Shown: positions 11,310 to 24,230 of the stretch, piece by piece
Layout: the number at the start of each line of letters is the position of its first letter
How positions within the stretch are numbered: the stretch's first letter is position 1
Origin: Candidatus Latescibacterota bacterium
GTDB lineage: Bacteria; Latescibacterota; UBA2968; UBA8231
Direction of reading: 5' to 3'
Length of the DNA: 64,000 nucleotides
Assembly (NCBI GenBank): GCA_965221775.1
Contig: CBDCSU010000005.1
Span: forward strand, 608,001-672,000
Notes under the pieces: model-generated
What the model saw: only the letters and a program-made list of their open reading frames with translations
Database searches by the model: none
What the model was told of the DNA's origin: nothing
Program-made: the position numbers and the translations under genes

Positions 11310-12003
11310 GATCGTGCTGGTGACCGGGACCGACACCGGCGTCGGCAAGACGGTCGCCGCCGCCTGGCTGGCGTGGAAGGCGTCGAGGGCGGGAAGGGTG
11401 GCCCTGCTTAAGGCGGTGCAGACCGGCGCCGGTCCCGGGGTCGACGGCGACGAGGCGTTCTACCGCGGAGCCCTCCGCGGCACCGGCGTGACCCTGGGGA
11501 CGCTGGCCTCCTTCCCCGAGCCGCTGGCGCCGCTGATCGCGGCGAGGCGCGCCGGACGGCCGATCGACTTCGAGGGCCTGGCGCGGCAGTGCGAGTCCGT
11601 GGCCGCGGCTCACGACCTCACTCTCGTGGAGGGCTCGGGAGGGCTCCTGGTGCCGATCGACGAGCGGCGGGATGTCGCCGACCTCGCCCGGCGCCTGAAG
11701 GCCTGCCTGGCCGTCGTCGTCCGCCCCGGCCTCGGGACGCTGAACCACACCGCCCTCACCCTGGAGGCGGCGGAGCGCCGGGGCCTGGAGGTCCCCCTGC
11801 TGATCTGCAGCGGAACCTCACCCGACGCGGACGTGGTCGAGGCCGAGAACCTGCGCTTCTTCGCGGCCCTGCGGGAGGCGCGCCAGGAGCGCGCGCCGAT
11901 GGCGTTGATGGTGATCGAGCGCGCCCTCGGAGGCGACGCCTCCAGGCCGGAGAGGCTCGCCGTCAGGATCGAGGGACCGCCGCCGGATTGGCTGCCCGCT
12001 TGA
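11302..12003 (+). CDS. bioD: Dethiobiotin synthase
   Basis: VTGTDTGVGKT; KAVQTG; VEGSGGLLVP; LGTLNHT. Confidence 0.95.
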   Translation: MGRIVLVTGTDTGVGKTVAAAWLAWKASRAGRVALLKAVQTGAGPGVDGDEAFYRGALRGTGVTLGTLASFPEPLAPLIAARRAGRPIDFEGLARQCESVAAAHDLTLVEGSGGLLVPIDERRDVADLARRLKACLAVVVRPGLGTLNHTALTLEAAERRGLEVPLLICSGTSPDADVVEAENLRFFAALREARQERAPMALMVIERALGGDASRPERLAVRIEGPPPDWLPA

Positions 12004-12012
12004 GCCGCCCCT

Positions 12013-12056
12013 GCCGGCCTCCGGTCTTGATCGCCCGGAGGCCGGCCGCCTATACT
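12013..12056 (+). promoter_or_regulatory. 12-bp hairpin after bioD overlapping a putative promoter for the symporter
   Basis: Inverted repeat GCCGGCCTCCGG (12013-12024) / CCGGAGGCCGGC (12035-12046); TTGATC (12027) N18 TATACT (12051). Confidence 0.5.
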
Positions 12057-12118
12057 GGAACGCGCAGCCTGCCGCAGAATCCCTCACCCACACACCCGAC
12101 CCGAAAGAGGAGGAATCC

Positions 12119-13642
12119 ATGGGCAGAGCCCTGGGAGCCCTCTTCCTGCTCACCACCATGGCGGCCCCGGCCCTGGCCGAGGACGCAGCCGGTGGGAGCG
12201 GGATCCAGCATCACCTGAGCCGCCTCGACGCGCTCTTCGCCGACACCGTCAAGCTGCTGGAGACCTTCCTCTTCGTCGACTTCGGCACCGGCGTCCCCCT
12301 CATCGTCGCCGTCCTCGTGGCCGGCGGCGTCTACTTCAGCTTCTACTTCGGCTGGCTGTCGATCCGCGGCTTCAAGCACTCCATCGACATCATCCGCGGG
12401 CGCTACGACAACCCCGACGACCCGGGCGAGATCTCCCACTTCCAGGCCCTCACCAGCGCCCTGTCGGCGACGATCGGCCTCGGCAACATCGCCGGCGTCG
12501 CCATCGCCGTCAGCGTCGGCGGTCCCGGGGCCGTGTTCTGGATGCTCCTCACCGCCCTCATCGGCATGTCCTCCAAGCTCGCCTCCTGCACCCTGGCGGT
12601 GATGTACCGCAACGTCCACCCCGACGGCCGCGTCTCCGGCGGACCGATGTACTACCTGGAGAAGGGGCTGGCGACGATCGGCCTGGCCCAGTTCGGCCGC
12701 ACCCTGGCGGTGATCTTCGCCTTCCTCACCATCGGCGGCTCCCTGGGCGGCGGCAACATGTTCCAGGCCAACCAGACCCTCGAGATCCTCGCCACCGTGT
12801 CGCCCTGGTTCAAGAGCTACAACTGGGTCATGGGCCTGATCATGGCCGGCCTCGTGGCCCTGGTCATCATCGGCGGCATCCGCCGCATCGGCCGGGTGAC
12901 GTCGCGGATCGTCCCCGGCATGTGCCTGCTCTACGCCATCACCGCGATCTTCATCATCGTGTGGAACATCCAGGCGGTGCCGGCCACCCTCGCGCGGATC
13001 GTCTCCGACGCCTTCACCGGTCCGGCGATGTACGGCGGCTTCCTCGGCGTCCTCGTCATGGGCGTCCGGCGCGCCGCCTTCTCCAACGAGGCCGGCCTCG
13101 GCTCGGCCGCCTTCGCCCACGCCGCGGCCAAGACCGACGAGCCCGCGCGCGAGGGCATGGTGGCGATGATCGGCCCCTTCATCGACACCATCGTCATCTG
13201 CCTGATGACGGCGCTGGTCTGCACCATCACCGGCGTCTTCGAGCAGCCCGAGTTCCAGTCGGGGGGCGGCAGCATCGTCGGCGTGCGCATGACCGCCGCC
13301 GCCTTCGACTCCTTCATCCCCGGGGCCCGCTACGTGCTGGCCGTGGCGGTCCTGCTCTTCGCCTACTCGACGATGATCTCCTGGTCCTACTACGGCGAGC
13401 GCGCCTGGGAGTACCTCTTCGGCCAGGGCTCCGTCCTCATCTACCGCCTTATCTTCGTGTTCTTCGTCTTCGCCGGATCGGTGGTCACCTTGGGCAACGT
13501 CATCGGGTTCTCGGACATGATGATCCTGGGGATGGCTTTCCCCAACATCCTCGGCGGGGTGCTGCTGAGCCGGCAGATCAAGGCGACGCTGAACGAGTAC
13601 TGGGGGCGGCTGCAGCGCGGCGAGATGAAGGTCTATCGCTGA
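12119..13642 (+). CDS. Sodium:alanine/glycine symporter (AGCS family)
   Basis: GEISHFQAL; GLGNIAGVA; GGPGAVFWM; FSNEAGLGS; WSYYGE. Confidence 0.93.
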   Translation: MGRALGALFLLTTMAAPALAEDAAGGSGIQHHLSRLDALFADTVKLLETFLFVDFGTGVPLIVAVLVAGGVYFSFYFGWLSIRGFKHSIDIIRGRYDNPDDPGEISHFQALTSALSATIGLGNIAGVAIAVSVGGPGAVFWMLLTALIGMSSKLASCTLAVMYRNVHPDGRVSGGPMYYLEKGLATIGLAQFGRTLAVIFAFLTIGGSLGGGNMFQANQTLEILATVSPWFKSYNWVMGLIMAGLVALVIIGGIRRIGRVTSRIVPGMCLLYAITAIFIIVWNIQAVPATLARIVSDAFTGPAMYGGFLGVLVMGVRRAAFSNEAGLGSAAFAHAAAKTDEPAREGMVAMIGPFIDTIVICLMTALVCTITGVFEQPEFQSGGGSIVGVRMTAAAFDSFIPGARYVLAVAVLLFAYSTMISWSYYGERAWEYLFGQGSVLIYRLIFVFFVFAGSVVTLGNVIGFSDMMILGMAFPNILGGVLLSRQIKATLNEYWGRLQRGEMKVYR

Positions 13643-13675
13643 GCGCGCGGGGCGGCTTCGGCCGCCCCGTCTCCT

Positions 13676-15469
13676 TCAGTCGAGGGCGGGGGCCTCGCCC
13701 TCCTGAAGGAAGTCCTCCTCGAGGAGCAGGTCGGAGAACGACCGCCTCCAGGCATCCGGAAACACCTGGTCGGGCTGGACCTCGAGCCTCACCCGCCACA
13801 GCATGGCGAGGCGGCTGATTCCGAAGGTCACGGTGGCCACCCTCCCTCCCCGGAGCCGCACCTCCAGGCCCTGCTTCACGCCCCGGTGCTCGACCTCGAT
13901 CCAGTGGGTTCCGGCGGCGAGGTTGTGGAGCACCACCCCCTGCAGGTCCGGGCGCAGCAGGTCGATCCGGTAGCGGCCGTCGATGCGCACCGCGATCCCC
14001 CCGGGGCCGAAGCTCTCGCCCAGGGGCGAGCGCAGCACCGCCACCGAGCCGTCGAGGGCGTCCTCCAGGGCCGGGTCCACCTCGGAGGCCTCGGCCAGGG
14101 CGGCCGGGTCGCCGAGGGGCAGGACGCCGGCGGCGGCCACCCGCGGCCGGTTGCGGAACCAGGCCGGCTGCTCCTGGCGGCTGGCGAGGGTCCCGGTCCG
14201 GGTGAGGGCGTGGACGACCAGGTTGACCCCGGCCACCAGGGCCGGTCCCGACCAGCTCGGCGGCGGCGGCTCCTCCCCCTCCTCCGCCGGCTCGTCCTCA
14301 TCGGCCATCTCCGACCAGGCGGCGTGGAGGGGCAGGTCGCTGACGATGGCCACCAGGGTGTCGCCGAGGGAGACGCCCCACAGGCCGTTGCGCCGGACGC
14401 CCTCGGCGGGGTCCACCAGCTCGGGATCGATGTTGGGCGGCGGCGGGGGAGCCGGAGGCTCCGGCGTCGGGTAGCTCCACGACTGCCTGAGGTCCTTCAG
14501 GTAGTCCCAGCGCTCCTTGTCCTCGCCGGGAAAGCCGCCGGAGAAGGTGTAGAACGAGTGGTAGACGGGGTGCTCCGACGGGACCGGCCGGATCCCCGGG
14601 GCCTCCGGAAGGAGCTCGCGCAGGAGGGTCACGGCCTCTTTCAGGAACAGACCGCCCCCCTCGATGTAGAGCAGGCCGCCGCCGCGCAGGTACTCCTCCA
14701 GGAGCGCCCTCTCCTCCGGGGAGAGCTGCAGCCGCGGCCAGTCCCCGACCGTCGGCAGGCCTTCGCCCTGCACCAGGAAGTGGATGGGGTCGCGCAGCAG
14801 CTCGCGGCCGGTGAAGTAGTGGACGGTCTCGGGCCGCACCCGCGTCAGCAGCGAGGTGCGGTCGCGCATGAAGCGCGACAGGTGGTCCAGCCCCCGTCCG
14901 CCGCCGGCGCCGCGGGTGAAGACCCGCGTCAGGTTGACGAAGCCGGTCATGTGCCGGCGGTTGTCGGGGTCGGAGCGGACGATCGCCCGCTCGCGGCCCT
15001 GCGCCAGGTCCCAGATGCGCATCAGGTCGAGGGACTGGCGGCGGATCGAGTCCCCGAGGGCCTGGGCGGCGGCCAGGGACCTGACGAGGTCGGGCTCGGT
15101 CTCGGACCGGAAGCTGTCGGCCCGCGCGGCGATATCGAAGGAACGCAGGGCCACGGGGGCGTCCGGCGCCGGCGCCGGCCGGTGCGGCAGCGACGGATCC
15201 TCGAGCCGCGGGCGGGGCAGGAGCCCGGACGGCCGGTACTCCATCTCGGTCCTCGGCCGGACCTCCTCCGGGCCGGCGGCGGTGAAGCGCTCGGGCTCGA
15301 AGCGCAGGACCTGGCTCAGGCGGGCGCGGAAGGCCTCGGACTCGCGCTCGCCGCGGCGCCAGTCGTCGATGGTCAGCAGCACCGCGAGGTGCAGGATCAG
15401 GGAGAGGAGCAGGCTGCCCGAAAGGCGCAGGCCGGGGCGGCGGCGGGGCTTGCGGGGTCCCTCGTTCAC
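13676..15469 (-). CDS. Membrane-anchored protein with DUF4159-like domain
   Basis: N-terminal TM (LLLSLILHLAVLL); LEEYLRGGGLLYIE and HPVYHSFYTF resemble DUF4159. Confidence 0.6.
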   Translation of the reverse strand: MNEGPRKPRRRPGLRLSGSLLLSLILHLAVLLTIDDWRRGERESEAFRARLSQVLRFEPERFTAAGPEEVRPRTEMEYRPSGLLPRPRLEDPSLPHRPAPAPDAPVALRSFDIAARADSFRSETEPDLVRSLAAAQALGDSIRRQSLDLMRIWDLAQGRERAIVRSDPDNRRHMTGFVNLTRVFTRGAGGGRGLDHLSRFMRDRTSLLTRVRPETVHYFTGRELLRDPIHFLVQGEGLPTVGDWPRLQLSPEERALLEEYLRGGGLLYIEGGGLFLKEAVTLLRELLPEAPGIRPVPSEHPVYHSFYTFSGGFPGEDKERWDYLKDLRQSWSYPTPEPPAPPPPPNIDPELVDPAEGVRRNGLWGVSLGDTLVAIVSDLPLHAAWSEMADEDEPAEEGEEPPPPSWSGPALVAGVNLVVHALTRTGTLASRQEQPAWFRNRPRVAAAGVLPLGDPAALAEASEVDPALEDALDGSVAVLRSPLGESFGPGGIAVRIDGRYRIDLLRPDLQGVVLHNLAAGTHWIEVEHRGVKQGLEVRLRGGRVATVTFGISRLAMLWRVRLEVQPDQVFPDAWRRSFSDLLLEEDFLQEGEAPALD

Positions 15470-15608
15470 GTCCTCTGGAGGCCTCCTCCCCGGGGCGAGG
15501 CAGGGGGGCCGCCGGAGTTGGCCCTCCGGGCGGCTTTCCTTATTTTACTCATTCCGGTTCCGATCCGCTTTCCCTCCCGGAACCGCCACTCCCACCTCAG
15601 AGAATCCG

Positions 15609-18299
<2,691 letters not shown>

Positions 18300-18307
18300 G
18301 AGGACCC

Positions 18308-19693
18308 GTGGCCGAGTTCAAGCTGCCCGATCTGGGCGAGAACATCGAAGCGGGCGAGGTCATCAACGTCCTCGTCGCCGAGGGCGACGCCCTGGCCGAG
18401 GACCAGCCCGTGATCGAGCTGGAGACCGACAAGGCGGTCATCGAGGTGCCCTCCACGGTGAGCGGCACGGTGTCGAAGGTGCTGGTGGCCGAGGGCGACC
18501 GCGCCCAGGTGGGCCAGGTGATCCTCACCGTCGAGGAGGTTGGAGCCGAAGCCGCGCCCCTTGCGGCTCCCGCCGATGGGGCGGCCGCCTCCCCCGCTGA
18601 GGGTGCTCCCGCCGCTGCTGCCGAGGACCCGAGCCCTGCCGAGATCGGCGAGACCGGCCAATCAACGTCTGCCGCCGACGATGGGGCCGCCGCTCCCCCG
18701 CCCGAAGCGGGCTCCCCCGCGCCTGCCGGCGACCGGGAGGCAGCCGACGGCGGCGGGCCCGCCGAAGCCGCACCGGCCGCCGGAGACGAGGCCAGGCTGA
18801 TCCCGGCGGCGCCCTCGGTGCGCCGGCTGGCGCGCGAGATCGGCGTCGACATCGCCCGGGCGGAGGGCACGGGCCCGGGCGGCCGCATCAGCGAGGAGGA
18901 CGTGAAGACCCTCTCCCGGCGGCTTCACGAGAGCCCCGCCGCGGCGCCCGGATCGCCCGCGGCGGCGGCGCTGCCCGACTTCTCGAAGTGGGGCGAGATC
19001 GAGGTCGAGCCCTTCAGCAACGTGCGCCGCATCACCGCGCAGCGCATGGCCGCGGCCTGGTCGGCGATCCCCCACGTGACCCAGCACGACCAGGCCGACA
19101 TCACCGGGCTCGAGGCTTGGCGCAAGGGCTACGCCCCCCAGGTGGAGAAGGCCGGCGCCAGGCTGACGCCCACGGCGCTGCTCCTCAAGGTGGCGGCCTC
19201 GGCCCTGCGCGCCTTCCCGAGCTTCAACGCCAGCATCGACATGGCGGGCGAGCAGATCATCTTCAAGAGCTACGTGCACATCGGCGTCGCCGTGGACACG
19301 CCCCGGGGGCTGCTGGTGCCGGTGATCCGCGACGTCGACCGCAAGTCGGTGACCGAGATCTCCCTCGAGCTGGGGGAGATGGCGGAGCGGACCCGCACCG
19401 GCAAGGTGGCCGTGACCGACCTGGAGGGCGGCACCTTCACGGTGAGCAACCTCGGCGGCCTGGGGGGCACCGCCTTCACGCCGATCGTCAACGCGCCGGA
19501 GGTGGCCATCCTCGGCGCCGCCCGCAGCCGCACCGAGCCCGTCTACGTCGACGGCGAGCTGCAGCCGCGCCTGATCCTGCCTCTCTCCCTGTCCTACGAC
19601 CACCGGCTGATCGACGGCGCCGACGGGGTCCGCTTCCTGCGCCATCTCTGCCAGGGGCTGGAGAACCCCTACTTCCTCGCCTTCGAGGGCTGA
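18308..19693 (+). CDS. aceF: Dihydrolipoamide acetyltransferase E2
   Basis: Single lipoyl domain ETDKA; Ala/Pro linker; PSVRRLARE; DHRLIDG. Confidence 0.95.
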   Translation: MAEFKLPDLGENIEAGEVINVLVAEGDALAEDQPVIELETDKAVIEVPSTVSGTVSKVLVAEGDRAQVGQVILTVEEVGAEAAPLAAPADGAAASPAEGAPAAAAEDPSPAEIGETGQSTSAADDGAAAPPPEAGSPAPAGDREAADGGGPAEAAPAAGDEARLIPAAPSVRRLAREIGVDIARAEGTGPGGRISEEDVKTLSRRLHESPAAAPGSPAAAALPDFSKWGEIEVEPFSNVRRITAQRMAAAWSAIPHVTQHDQADITGLEAWRKGYAPQVEKAGARLTPTALLLKVAASALRAFPSFNASIDMAGEQIIFKSYVHIGVAVDTPRGLLVPVIRDVDRKSVTEISLELGEMAERTRTGKVAVTDLEGGTFTVSNLGGLGGTAFTPIVNAPEVAILGAARSRTEPVYVDGELQPRLILPLSLSYDHRLIDGADGVRFLRHLCQGLENPYFLAFEG

Positions 19694-19696
19694 CTC

Positions 19697-21115
19697 ATGG
19701 CCGAGCGCACACAGGTCGCCATCATCGGCGGCGGACCCGGCGGCTACGTGGCCGCCTTCCGCGCCGCCGACCTGGGTCTCCAGGTCACACTCGTCGACCC
19801 GGAGGAGCGCCCCGGCGGCGTCTGCCTCTACCGCGGCTGCATCCCGTCGAAGGCGCTGCTGCACGTGGGCCGGCTGCTGTCCGAGGCGCGGGAAGCCGAG
19901 GATTGGGGGGTCTCCTTCGGCGAGCCCCGGATCGACCTGGAGAAGCTGCGCGCCCACCGCGACCGGGTGGTGGCCAACATGTCCGGCGGCCTCGGCCAGT
20001 TGTCCCGCGGCCGCGGTGTGACCCTGGTGCGCGGCCTCGCACGCTTCACCGGTCCGCAGTCGCTGCGGGTCGAAGCCGCCGGCGGCGGCTCCCGCGAGAT
20101 CGGCTTCGAGCACGCCGTGCTGGCCACGGGATCGCGGCCGATCGCGCTGCCCGCCTTCGCCAGCGGCGGCGGCCGCGTCATGGACTCCACCGGGGCCCTG
20201 GAGCTGACCGACGTGCCTGAGCGGCTGCTCGTGGTGGGCGGCGGCATCATCGGCCTCGAGCTCGGACAGGTCTACGCCGCCCTCGGGTCGCGGGTGACGG
20301 TGGTGGAGATGACCGACGGCCTCATCCCCGGCGCCGACCGCGACCTCGTGCGGGTCCTGCAGAAACGGCTCGAGGAGCAGTTCGAGGCGATCCACCTCGA
20401 CAGCGCGGTGACGGCGGCGGCGGAGACCGCCGACGGTCTCGCCGTGACCTGGGAGCCGGCGGCCGGAGGGGCCGCCGAGACGCGGACTTTCGACCGCGTC
20501 CTGCAGTCGGTGGGCCGGCGCCCGAACACCGAGGACCTGGGCCTGGAGAACACCGGTGTCGGCCTCGACCCGAGGGGGTTCGTCGAGGTCGACGCGCAGC
20601 GCCGCAGCGCCGAGCCGTCGATCTTCGCCGTGGGCGACGTCATCGGCTCGGCCCTGGCCCACACCGCCTCCCACGAGGGCACGATCGCCGCCGACGTCAT
20701 CGCCGGCCGGCGCGCCGCCTTCGAGCCCAACGCCATCCCGAGTGTCGTCTACACCGACCCGGAGATCGCCTGGTGCGGCCTCACCGAGACCGAGGCCCAG
20801 GCCCGCGACCTCGACGTGTCGATCTCGCGCTTTCCCTGGTCCGCCTCGGGCCGCGCCATCACTCTCGGCCGCAGCGACGGCGTCACCAAGCTCCTCGTCG
20901 ACCCGGCCACGGAGCGCATCCTGGGCGTCGGCGTGGCCGGCCCCGGCGCCGGCGAGCTGATCGCCGAGGGTGTCCTCGCCGTGGAGATGGCCGCCGTGGT
21001 GCAGGACCTGGCCCTCTCCATCCATCCCCACCCCACCCTCTCCGAGACCCTGATGGAGGCGGCCGAGGCCTACCACGGGCTCAGCTCCCACATCATCGCT
21101 CCCAAACGACCCTAG
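19697..21115 (+). CDS. lpdA: Dihydrolipoyl dehydrogenase
   Basis: GGGPGGY; GGVCLYRGCIPSK; HPHPTLSE. Confidence 0.97.
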   Translation: MAERTQVAIIGGGPGGYVAAFRAADLGLQVTLVDPEERPGGVCLYRGCIPSKALLHVGRLLSEAREAEDWGVSFGEPRIDLEKLRAHRDRVVANMSGGLGQLSRGRGVTLVRGLARFTGPQSLRVEAAGGGSREIGFEHAVLATGSRPIALPAFASGGGRVMDSTGALELTDVPERLLVVGGGIIGLELGQVYAALGSRVTVVEMTDGLIPGADRDLVRVLQKRLEEQFEAIHLDSAVTAAAETADGLAVTWEPAAGGAAETRTFDRVLQSVGRRPNTEDLGLENTGVGLDPRGFVEVDAQRRSAEPSIFAVGDVIGSALAHTASHEGTIAADVIAGRRAAFEPNAIPSVVYTDPEIAWCGLTETEAQARDLDVSISRFPWSASGRAITLGRSDGVTKLLVDPATERILGVGVAGPGAGELIAEGVLAVEMAAVVQDLALSIHPHPTLSETLMEAAEAYHGLSSHIIAPKRP

Positions 21116-21214
21116 ACGCCGGCCCCGGTTGCCGGCTGCCGGAGCCCCTGGTTATCTTGTGGGGACTCCCCGTTCGGCCCCGCTCAACACCACACTCCAG
21201 CTACCGTCCCGCCC

Positions 21215-23363
21215 ATGTCCGTCACGCTCCGTCAGGCGCTCGGATCCACCGTTCTGGCCGGCCTGCTGCTGCTGCCCTTCGCCGCCCGGCTCTTCAGAGA
21301 GAGCCCGCCGCCGCCGCCGCCGCCGCCACCGCCGCTTCCGGTCCTGACGGCGCCCACCGAGGTGGTCGTCCTCATCCGCCGCCACCGCTACGAGGAGGCC
21401 CACGCCGCCCTGCGCAGGTCCGGCCCCCCGGACGACCCGTCCCAGGCCACCCTGTACCAGTTCCGCCTGGCCGTGTGCGAGCGCGCCCTGGGGCTGGCCG
21501 ACAGCGCCCATGCCCGCCTGCTGCGTCTCGAGGGCCGGCGCCCCGAGATCGAGGCCTACCGCCGGCTGTGGCTGGCCCACACCCTGCAGTTGCTCGAGAG
21601 GCGGGAAGAAGCGATCGCAGGCTATGAAGCGCTGCTCGTGAAGGGCGCCAACGCGGCCGTGGCCGACTCCGCCCGTCTCTACCTGGCCCGGCTCTTCGTG
21701 GCCGGCGGCGACCACCGCCGGGCCCTCGCCCTGTACCGCGCCCAGCGCGCCTCCACGGGGCCCACCGCCACGCTGCTGCTCAGCATCGCCGAGGGGCTGA
21801 AGCGCGGCGGCGACGAGGCGGGGCACCGCGAGACCCTGATGGAGCTGATGGAGCGCTACGCCGGCAGCCGCCTGGCCCTCCGGGTGGCGTCGCGCTTCCG
21901 GCCGCGCACCATCGACGAGCGCTACACCCGGGCCCAGGTCTACGCCCGCCACGGGGACGACCGCGCCATCTCCGACCTGCAGCAGGTGGTCCGCAACGCC
22001 CCGGGCCACGAGCTGGCCCCCCACGCCGCCTACGCCCTCGGCCGCGCCCTGGGGCGCTCAGGCCAGTTCGACCGCGCGCGGGCGACCTACAGGCGCCTGT
22101 ACGACGACCACGGCTGGGCCCCCGCCCTCTACCGGATCGCCGGGCTCGACGTCCGCGCCGGCCGCGACCAGGAGGCGATCGAGGCCTACGTGGCCCTCTC
22201 GCGGAAGTATCCGCGCCACACCCTCGCCGACGACGCCCTGTGGCAGGCCGCCAAGGCCGCCGAGCGCAAGGGCCAGTTCGAGCGCGCCGGCAGCATCCAC
22301 GCCGACCTCGCCGAGCGCTACCCTTCGAGCGAGCACGCCGAGGACGCCTCCTGGGGCGCCGGCTTCAGCCTCTACTGCCGGGAGCGGTTCGAGGAGGCCG
22401 CCGCCGGCTTCGCCGAGCTCAGCCGCAAGGCCCGCCAGCCGCACCTGGTCGACCAGAGCCTCTACTGGGCCGGCAAGAGCGCCTGGCGCCTGGGGCGGAA
22501 GGACGAGGCCGGCAGCCACTTCACCGGCGCGGCCCTCGGCTTTCCGCGCTCGTACTACTCGGCGCGGGCGGTGAGCCTCGGCTACGGCGAGGCCCGCCTG
22601 CCGGCCCCGGTCCTGGTGTCGAAGGCGCCGGCCCCCGGCGTCCTGCGGGAGACCCGGTCACCTGCGGCGGGCCCTGTCCCTCGGCGAGCTGGGCCTGGCC
22701 TCCACCGCCGGGCGCGAGCTGCGGCTGGCGGAGCGGGCCAACGAGGGAGACAGGGAGGCCCTGCGGGTCCTGCGCGAGGCCTACGAGGCGCTGGGGCTGC
22801 ACACGCGCGCCATGCAGCTGACGGCGCGGATCGGCGACGGCGGCGGCAACACCACCCGCCTCTATCCGAGCTACTACTGGGAGGAGGTCGAGGCCGCCTC
22901 GAGGAAGGCCGAGGTCGACCCCTTCCTGGTGCTGTCGGTGATCCGCCAGGAGAGCTTCTTCAACGAGTCCGCCGTCTCGCGGGCCGGCGCCGTGGGCCTG
23001 ATGCAGATCATGCCCAGGACGGGGCGCAAGCTCGCACGCCGCTTCGGCCTGCAGCCGTTCCACCGGCGCCAGCTCTTCGACCCCGGACTGTCGATCCAGC
23101 TCGGCACCCGCTACCTGGCCGACCAGATGCGCGCCTTCGAGGACGCCGGCGGCGGCGGGCTCCGCTTCCAGCTCGGGCTGGCGGCCTACAACGCCGGCCC
23201 CCACGTGGCCCGGCGCTGGGTGGAGCGCTTCCCCCTCGAGGACGAGGACGTCTTCGTGGAGCGCATCCCCTACCGCGAGACCCGCCTCTACGTGAAGAAG
23301 GTCCTCAAGAGCTACACCATCTACAAGGCTCTCCACCGGAGCCGGGACGCCTCCAGGGCATGA
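21215..23363 (+). pseudogene. TPR-repeat soluble lytic transglycosylase split by a +1 frameshift near 22655 (pseudogene or sequence error)
   Basis: TPR helices in the frame of 21215; from 22659 another frame reads HLRRALSLGELG...VIRQES...AVGLMQIMP...AAYNAGP...IPYRETRLYVKKV. Confidence 0.85.
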
Positions 23364-23590
23364 TCCCCTCCCCCTCCGATCCGCAGAAGCCCGACCCCGG
23401 CCGCCGGGCCCGCCTCGCCGAGGACATCTTCATCCTCCTCTGCATCCTGAGCCTGTGGCCGGTGATCTTCGGTTGGAACCACCCCGCCTTCGAGGTTCTG
23501 CTCTACGCGGCCCTGGCGGGGCTGGTGATCATCCTCGTCCGGCGGGTGCGCCGCTTCGCCCAGGCCCGCCGCGAGGCCGACGGGGACTGA
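23360..23590 (+). CDS. Small two-TM membrane protein
   Basis: ATGA overlap with the transglycosylase stop; two hydrophobic helices. Confidence 0.65.
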   Translation: MIPSPSDPQKPDPGRRARLAEDIFILLCILSLWPVIFGWNHPAFEVLLYAALAGLVIILVRRVRRFAQARREADGD

Positions 23591-23594
23591 CCCT

Positions 23595-24230
23595 TCAGAA
23601 CCACTCCCCCGCCGCGTAGATCCCTCCCAGAAGCAGGACCACGAAGAGCACCGCCAGCAGGTCGAAGCGGCGGTCGATGAAGCCGCGCACCGGCTCGCCG
23701 TACCTCCACAGCAGCCCGGCTACCAGGAAGAACCGCGCCGACCGGCTCACCAGCGAAGCGCTGACGAAGACCGGGAAGGAGATCTCGAAGGCCCCGGCCG
23801 AGATGGTGATCACCTTGTAGGGCAGGGGCGTGAAGCCGGCGGTGAAGACCACCCAGAACCCCCAGCTCTCGTACTGGGCCTGCACGCGCTCGAACTTCTC
23901 CACGGTGAAGCCCGGGACGCGGTCGAAGAAGAGCTGGGCCACCTGGGACAGCTCCCCCGGCCCCGACCACCACAGCCAGTGGCCGATGCCGTACCCGGCG
24001 ACGCCCCCGAGGACGGAGGCGATCGAGGCGATGACAGCGAAGCGCCAGGCCTGGCTCCGGGCGCCCAGGACCATGGCGATGAGGAAGGCGTCGGGGGGGA
24101 TGGGGAAGACGGAGGACTCGAAGAAGGCCCAGAGGAACAGGACGAGGCCGCCGTAGGGGGTCTCCGCCCAGCCGAGGAGACCGTCGTAGAGACGCCGGAG
24201 GGGTCCGGCCCGCGAGCCCCGCTCAGCCAC
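23595..24230 (-). CDS. DedA/YqaA (VTT domain) membrane protein
   Basis: AFFESSVFPIPPD; GFTPLPYKVITI. Confidence 0.9.
   Translation of the reverse strand: MAERGSRAGPLRRLYDGLLGWAETPYGGLVLFLWAFFESSVFPIPPDAFLIAMVLGARSQAWRFAVIASIASVLGGVAGYGIGHWLWWSGPGELSQVAQLFFDRVPGFTVEKFERVQAQYESWGFWVVFTAGFTPLPYKVITISAGAFEISFPVFVSASLVSRSARFFLVAGLLWRYGEPVRGFIDRRFDLLAVLFVVLLLGGIYAAGEWF

Noticed and set aside
14856-15608. Long N-terminal extensions on aceE (and similarly nqrF, nqrB, bioB, aceF in the ORF track)
   Set aside because: High-GC open-frame artefacts overlapping real genes; family homology starts at the downstream starts given.
21304-21333. (CCG)n tract as a phase-variation switch
   Set aside because: In-frame triplet repeat encoding a polyproline linker.
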